DNA of 64,000 bases, taken from the NCBI RefSeq assembly GCF_009914755.1, contig NC_060925.1; one strand, 5' to 3'. The stretch is from the human T2T-CHM13v2.0 reference genome, Homo sapiens. The position numbers and the translations under genes were made by a program. The notes beneath the pieces are model-generated. The model did no database searches and was not told the DNA's origin. It saw only the letters and a list, made by a program, of their open reading frames with translations. Shown in pieces: positions 55,626 through 64,000 of the stretch (position 1 is its first letter; every line of letters begins with the position of its first letter).

Positions 55626-58312
55626 AAATAAGAAATTTTATTTACTCGAACACGTTTTTGAACACCTAATTTGAGCTTCTGACTTATCACTTAGCTATAT
55701 TTTAATAGAATCTGATAGAATATTTTTCCATTATATATACATATGAAATGTAAATTTTCATATCATCTCTGATGTAACATATAAAATGAAGTGCCTTTTC
55801 AGAAAAAAATGACAAAATTTGCAGTCATTTAAATAGGACAAAAATGAACATCTGCAAGCAATGATAACATGCAGATTAATGTTTCTTCCTATTCTCACAA
55901 CAATAGTAATGTCACATTATAGTTTCAAAGATCTAAAATCCTAATAAAGGCAAAAAGTGTTTTAAAATTAAAATGCAGAGTTGCCAAAAATATTTAAATA
56001 ATGTGGCTGGAGTGCTGGATTTTTTTAAAAATATCCTATCTTGTAACATTTAATCTCATGTCAGCCAAGCTTAAATGAAGCATTAAAGCTCAATTCAGTC
56101 AAGCACATGGGATGTTACATTTGTTGTAAACATATTACGTATCATAACTAGTACTTTCATATTCTATTGATTTTCACTATGTTGCATGACTAGATAGGTT
56201 ATTTCATACAGATAGAGTTCACACTATGGAAAATGACATTTCTATTTTAAAAATAGATCATTTGATGCCCTTTGCCTATTGGTGTTTTACAGTCATGCCA
56301 TATCAACATTATCTGTACATTATAATGAATCGATAATGTTGAAGGCATCAGAATGAAATATCAGAATGAATTTGAACATGAACAGGAAATAGTAGTATTT
56401 TTAGTGAGGCATTAACAACCAAAAAACTGTTAGGAAAGAGAAAGCTTCAATTCTAGTCTCTCTTTCCTTTTTAAACTGCATTTCTAAAATGTATCAGATT
56501 TATTATGAAAACTATAGAAAAAAAGCTTGAGAGATGAAATGCAGTACAAAAGGGTGAATGGCTAGAATAAAAGTCAGAATTGAGTACACCTTTGATATCA
56601 CCTTTTACATTTTTATTCTTTCTTCAACCTCTCCTCCTATGTGTGAGAACTCTTAATGGAGAATAAAGTGATATCTGTTTTTTCTCTTTCTTCCATCTTT
56701 TATATTATGGCATTCTATCACATTCCCCTTCAAACTTTCCCTGTCAACCTGAATAGTTACTAATGCAGAAGGTTCTTTTATGTGGCTGCTGGTAGGAGGA
56801 GCGGTGTCATAATTCAGACGTTATGCTTTCCTTTGGGTCAGTGCACAACTTTCTTGCCTATCTAACAAACACATGACAACTCTACATCAGAAGGATCAAG
56901 ATCAAACCCATACAACCTAAATGAATAGATTTCCTTTTTCTCTTACAAAAGAGGAAATACCACTTCCCCACCCCTTCCTCTGAAAATGCATGACCTGCTT
57001 CTGATGTCCTGGAATTTAGAAAGTTGGAAGGTGGAACAGATAGCTCATCTATCAGGCCATGGTGTTTTATGTACCTAAATTAACATGCTTCTTGACCTCC
57101 CTGATTACCCTTAAGAGAAGATTTAAATCCATTTCCTCAGGGCTCAAATCAGGTGAGTTTTGTCTAGAATAAGTCCCAAAGCCCCACTTGACAAAAAGGA
57201 AATTGTTCATACACAATATAAAGAAAAAACAAAACAAAAATCTTAAGAAACAGAACAAACTTTTGTCCAATTACTAAGGCAGAAATAGTGTGAATGTGCG
57301 TGTGAGGGTGTGTGTGTTAGTCTCGGCTCCTTTTTATCTTTTGATGGATAGATGATACTTGCCTAGGACAAATACTCATGCTGGTATTTCAAAAATATCT
57401 CCTCAATAACTACATATATTGACAACTACTTGGTTCATGTTGTTTAAACGGGGTAATCATTAGTTTAAACAAGAACTCTACTTATCATGTTGGGTTTTGC
57501 TTTTCCCTGCATAAACTGTGTTTCATGATCGGATGAGTATGACTGTAAGAATGACAGACCATTACTTCATGTTAAAAAGTCTTCTCACTCCTTCAAACGA
57601 AGTCATTTCAATCACAATAATAAAAACTAAACTACTTTAAAAGCAAGTTGATGAAAAAAAGGCAGATGTCTCTAACATACAGTTTGAAAAATTTAAACCA
57701 ATTTGGAATTGGACAATCTGAAGTTGACTCCTAGTTTCCCATCTATAGGTTGTTGAGATGTGTGAGGTTCTTCATTTCTAAAAAGGAGAAAATAAAACGA
57801 TGTGTATTCAAGGAGGTAGAGTTGGTAAAACCCATGGCATGAATTAAATGCATACACAAAATGTTAGTTTTAATTCCAACCTAATTTGCAAATATTTTCA
57901 AGTTCTGCAGGCCAGATACAAAGTCTGGCAGTGGGTGATGGACAGGTGAGAAGTTGAATGCTGTTTTGACACAGTAGTAACTTTGCCTGCTCTTTCTTTT
58001 CTAAGTGAAGAGAAGAATTTGTTCTTTACCCTCTCCTCTCTCTACCTTTGTCCCTGCTTCGACCTCATTTATTCCAAACTCAGCTCTATAAACTTATTTT
58101 CCAAATCAAGATTACAGTTTTCTCCAACTCTTTAAACCAACTCCATGAGTATCATATCAAATCTTGTCATCTGAAATACAGAAATAGGAACTCCCCGTAT
58201 TCTCTACCCAGAGTAGTTCCTCTTGACATCTATGTTTCTGTTAATGGCCATACCTTTCACACTATTCTCCCTGTTAGACAGTTATAAGAAGTGAGAGGAA
58301 TGTGATGCAGCA

Positions 58313-58382
58313 TTTTTTTTAATTTTAGATTTAGGGAATATGTGTACAGGTTTTTTACATGGGTATATTGCATAGCGCTGGG
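58313..58382 (-). mobile_element. ~70-bp 5'-truncated L1P 3' end with TSD
   Basis: Poly-T then TTTAGATTTAGGGAATATGTGTACAGGTTTTTTACATGGGTATATTGCAT. TSD GTGATGCAGCATTT / GTGATGAAGTATTT. Confidence 0.75.
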
Positions 58383-60929
58383 GTGATGAAGTATTTAAGA
58401 ACAAGTTTTATGGAGTAAGGCTGCCCAGGTCTAACCCACTTTTGTCATTGGAATAACAGAGTATCTCAAAACTTAACTTCATATTGCTATTGAATGGATT
58501 AAACTCTCTGTGTGCAGTCCTTAGGGGAGTGCCTGTCACATAGTAATCACTGTAAAACGTAGTATATATTGCACTAAATATGTTTATCTGTCATTTTATA
58601 AGTACACACTAAATATTTGCACCAGGATGAAATTAGACTCTCCTATAACCTGTATCTCTACCTTTCTGTTCAAAATAGAATAATCATCTTAAAATATCTA
58701 ATAATCTTCCTAACTAGATAGAAGCTTTTCTTCTTTTATTCCTAAAATATTTAATATTTCCTTTCTGAAATGTACTTTCGGCTTCATATTAATACTATGT
58801 GCATGTTATTCTTCTTCCAAAATTAACTGATCAGCTCTTAGGTTCAAGAAAGTGTTTCTTATGCATTTTTGAATCCTCTAAACAAAAGCTTATTCATTGC
58901 AAGGACTGAATTGTAAAACTACTTTGAATTGAATTCTCAATTCTAAATATTATTCTACAAAATATTGTTAGTGTTGTATAAAGTACTAATCACATTTCTA
59001 GGTTTTATTGAAGCGGTCCTTCTAGTTTCAAGTTTTCTGTTTCCCTGTAGGTTACTAGTGAAAAGAACACTCTGGTCTAATCACATCACTAAGTTTTGTT
59101 AACAATGTGTAGGTTTAGTGTCCTAATTCCTTTAGTTTTTCTATATAATTTATATAAAGAAAAACTATTTGGGGTTTTACTATGCGATTTTGTGGGAATA
59201 CAACTTATCTGAGAACGTGTAGTAAATTGACACAATGAATTATTGAGGTAGGGTTCTAGGGCATTCATGTGGAGGAGTTGATGAATTACCTAGCTGATCA
59301 ATTTACAGCCTTTTTCCCTCCAGAATAAGACTACTTGATGACAACTGGTGACTTGAATTTATTAATTAAGAAATTTAAGTGCATATTTAAGGGAGAGATC
59401 CTAAGATGGCTGATGTTCTTTGCTTTGGTGTGACCTTTAGAACGTTCCTTTTTTTTTTTTTTTTTTAAGTTAGTACAAGATTGTTAGGTCAGAGAATTTA
59501 GGAATATTGCAACATGTACTTTGCATTCGGTATGACATTAAGAAGAATGGGAAAATGACCAACGAGGAAAAGACAGAAGAGAAAAACCACAATTTGACAC
59601 AGAGAAAACTTTTCTGGGATTTGAACATAGGGCATAAGTACTAACAACTTTCATCAACACCCAAGCTTTCATTTAGGTTTGTAGATCATCGGAGACAGTA
59701 GAAGAGAAATTGGGAAAAGAGCTATTTATTTTGTATTCTACTCAGCTCTCTTCTCAGTCTTTTATCCTATGTTGGAATCATGTGGTGTTTTCTGCCTGTG
59801 GCTACTATCAAGTTACTCATTTATTATTTATTTCACTGATTCCTTTTCCCAATATATTTTAAGCACCCACATCAGTCATACATAACAAAAGGTACTATGG
59901 GTAGGATGATTAATGAGACAAGGTTCCTGCTTTCATAGACTCAGAGACAGGATTAATTTTAATTAATTAATTAAAGGCAGGATTAATTTTAAAACTCTGA
60001 AATAGTCTCCCTCCTATTTCCAAAGTAATTATACTTTCAATTCATCTAGAAACTTGAAAACTGATGACTAGTGCTTACTGAGTGAGCTTCACGGTTCTAT
60101 AGGTGTTGTTTTGGTCCTTAACTCCAGATTTCACAAACATTGTCCACCAAGTCTTAGATTCTAAAGAATATCTTATGTTATATTATTTTCCATTGATAGT
60201 GTTTAAACCCAATGGCTTTGAAAACCTGTAACATTGGTTTTAGCATTTTTAAATCTTTTTAAAAAACTCAATTTAATAACGAGAACTGATTACTATATTT
60301 TTCTTATTTGAGTGCTAAGTGTCTCAGGATTTACCTGTGGGAATTAGGTCTTGGTGCTTACATTGTGGAGTTTTAAAAGTAGCATATTTTGTCTCAACTT
60401 CTTGGAGGTGCTCCTCCTTTGACAAGAGACAGATGTTTGGGTAGAGGAACTTATTATTCTTGAAGTGACTCCTCATAGCCTCCTGGTTATTTCACTAAGA
60501 TTTCTCAAAGGCTATAAAAACATAGCTTTCTTGAATAGGAAAGGAAAAAATGTTTTGAAATAGGTTTCCTAAAAGCACCATGGTAGGGTATCTTGATGCT
60601 ATAATTGGCACTTAGTAGTCACACATCTGGCCATACACATCTTTTGTACTTATGATTCCATTGGTACCTTTGCTTAAGCAATAACATCCCTAAATCCAAA
60701 AGATGAAATAGACAAATGATGGAGGCAGAAAAATAAAAAATATAGTGGTGGAGCCACTTAAAGGAAAACTGAAACACAATGGAAGCAGAATAATAAAAAA
60801 ATATATAGTGGCCTGAGCCACTTAAAGGGAAGCTGGAAAAGCACTACTCCTTATTTACCACTTTGTCAAAACAGCCAGTTGAAGAAAACAAAAACATAAT
60901 TCACTCAAAGTATTCATATCAGGTAGAAC

Positions 60930-61145
60930 AACTGCATAGTGTAGCGTAAGGGCATAGGTTTTAGACTAGCACAGAATTGGTTAAAATTCCTGCTTCACTC
61001 CTGAAACTACTTAGACAGGACATTACTTAAAGACCTCAGTTTCCTCATCTATAAAGTTGGAAAATACAATAGTGCTTATTTGTTAAAAGCATGAACGAAG
61101 AATATGTATGGAATATACTTATCACAGCACGAGATGCACTTGATC
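60930..61145 (+). mobile_element. MIR
   Basis: GCATAGTGTAGCGTAAGGGCATAGG...CCTCAGTTTCCTCATCTATAAA core. Confidence 0.75.
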
Positions 61146-63461
61146 AAAAAATGTAGTCCCCACCTTCCAATAAATAAAAAAATTATATAAACTATAAAAG
61201 ATATTTTTACAAATATAATACTTTTTAAATTGACATAAATAAAATTATTGTTTTTGGAAAAAATAGCCTTAAACATTCCACCAAATAATTAAATGAGGGA
61301 AAATAGACTTTCTTAATCATTTCTAAGTCTGTTCAAGATTGGACTTCTGAGCAGTGACATGGTATTTACTCTATTTTTTCCCCACTGGAATAAGCACACC
61401 TTCAAATGTATCCTCATGACCAGGAATTATGTCTTGTGGCTTGACACCTGTGAGCAATCTTTTTCCAACTGCGCCTATATACTCAAACAACACAAAGAAA
61501 TATGAAATTCCTTCAGTTATTAGGCTATATTTGCGTTCCCTAGATTCTATTTTTAACTAACGTGAATCACTGGTACATACAGAGGGAACATACAGGTTAA
61601 GTATAGTTGTCTCTATAAAAAGCTCATCTGAAGAACTGAACATATTGTGGTTAATTGTGAGCCTCCCTGCACTTTGCTATTGGGTGTGAATTTCAGTGAA
61701 ACTTCATATCCAGTGAGTTCTCCCTGGGGAAATCAGTTCAGACATTGAAACTCTGCCCTCAGCTAGATGGGGCCATCTTTACAGATATAATCTATCAAGG
61801 CTCTCCCAATGGTGACCCCTATTTGATAAAGTTGAAGAGATACATCCTTAGATTATCCAGCGTAGGGAGTAAATGGAGAAAATAGTAAGAGATATTTGTT
61901 ATATTGAAAAAAAGTACATATATATGCCTCATATCCTGTAGTCTTCATAGGAAATCTTTACAAATGGCTTCATTTTATATACATATATGTGTATACAGTA
62001 TATGTGTATATAAAATATATGTGCATGCGGTGCATACATATTTTCATTTGTCATATTAAAATAGTTTCTGAAATCATGGTACTTATTTCTGGGTTAGAGA
62101 ATTATTATTGGAATCTTTAGGACAGTAAAGGTTTATACAGCAATTAGCATATGCCAGAAACGGAACGTAAAAAGCACTTTACACATATAAATTCATTGAG
62201 TTCTCTCTCTGAGCTTATCAAATTGGTATTAACAGTTTCATCATTTTAAAATAAAGAGTCATCAGAGAAGTTCAGTAGCTCTTCCAGGGTCATGGATCTG
62301 GTGTCGCTCCTGCTCCATATTTTCAATAATTGTATCACTTTATACTATCTTCTCATAAAGGTTCTTGGTTATAAAGTTGAAAACCAAAAAAACATTAAGA
62401 ATACACTTCTTTCTAATTTATTAGGACAGAATGTTGTATCCAGGAAGTTCTTTATGTATCAATATTTTTTTTTGCAGGTCAGATAGGTGTAATTTTGAGA
62501 TAATTTGAAAAAGTGAATAATTATAACTTTCCTGATTAAATACAGTTTGCAGATCTGTGATCAAAGTTTTCATCCCCCCTCCATTTAAAAATAGTTACAG
62601 AAAGAATTGTATTGAATATTAAAGCAGTGAAGTATCTGTTGACATACTACCTTTTATTTAGCACATAGTGATTCAATTCATTTTTCATTTATCCATGAAA
62701 GAATTTATTAAATGGTCAGGGATTGGATAACCAAGAAGTTTTATAAAAGGTATGCTGTCAACTAATGGAAAGTATGTCTGCAATCCTTAAGGGATGTAAT
62801 GAGAGACTGGAAGTATTTCTGTGGACATAACAGCACCTACCCATTCTATTATAATAGCAGAGGGGATTATGAACACAGTTTTTTGCCTTAGGGTGCATTT
62901 TTGGAAGTAAGGAGAGAAAAAAAATTGGAAGGAGAGCAGATGCAAGTGCTTTCAGAGGACACTAATAAAGGGAAAATGGCTGACAATAGGACAAGGCAGA
63001 TTTGGGGAAATTTTAGTATCAACAAAATGTCAATGGTTAACCTTCTTTCTAAGTCTGTCTGCCAGGACACAGATCTCAATAAATGTTTTATGTTATAATT
63101 TTAAGTTTGACAAAGGTGAGAGCTGTAAGTAGCAAGGGTCCACAATACTAAAATGACATGTTTCTACTATTTTCATTCTTTTGTTACCTTTAAAAATTTT
63201 CTGGCAAATATCTAAAACTCATACATATTATTTTAAAATTTTCCGTTACAAATACTTTTTAGTATCTTCCCCAAATTTTAGGCACTCTGGTTTCTTGTTC
63301 TATATGCTAGTCTAAGACTTCCTATACTAGAATCAATGTTTGGTTTTACTTCATTCCTCAGATGGGAATTGTTTTTTACATGTCTGTATTGGAGATCATA
63401 GTTCATTTTTGCTTCCATTAACTATTTTCAGAAAATTAATATATGGTCTGTTCCTTGGTGA

Positions 63462-63863
<402 letters not shown>

Positions 63864-64000
63864 TTGAGGTATTTATTTTCATGTAAAATTTGGATTTCCT
63901 AGAAAGACATAGCATCATAACAACTGGAAAGCTGTTCTTGGGTCCTTTGAAAAGTGTATCCAATTTCTGTATCTACTGCAAACTCTTATTTAAAATACTG

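Overview
This is AT-rich, gene-poor primate (human-like) genomic DNA, probably intergenic or deep intronic. It is dominated by interspersed repeats: about 12 Alus (J, S and Y), old L1s including a ~5 kb L1PA16/L1PB-type copy, L2, MIR, L3 and MamSINE1 relics, a complete MST (MaLR) provirus, and several solo LTRs with target-site duplications (TSDs). The only gene-derived sequence is a full-length processed pseudogene of phosphoserine aminotransferase PSAT1 (minus strand, about 28411-30617) with a poly-A tail and a 13-bp TSD. It is inactivated by a 2-nt deletion, a CGA>TGA nonsense change and loss of the PLP-binding lysine. No intact protein-coding gene, RNA gene, CRISPR array or novel multi-gene system is supported. 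Almost all supplied ORFs are repeat or microsatellite artefacts. The best unexplained structures are local rearrangements: an Alu-Alu-mediated 830-bp tandem duplication with a chimeric Alu, an ancient ~470-bp direct duplication flanking a CpG-retaining unique segment, and a compact direct-plus-inverted repeat scar. Repeat subfamily names come from recalled consensus sequences and need RepeatMasker/Dfam confirmation.
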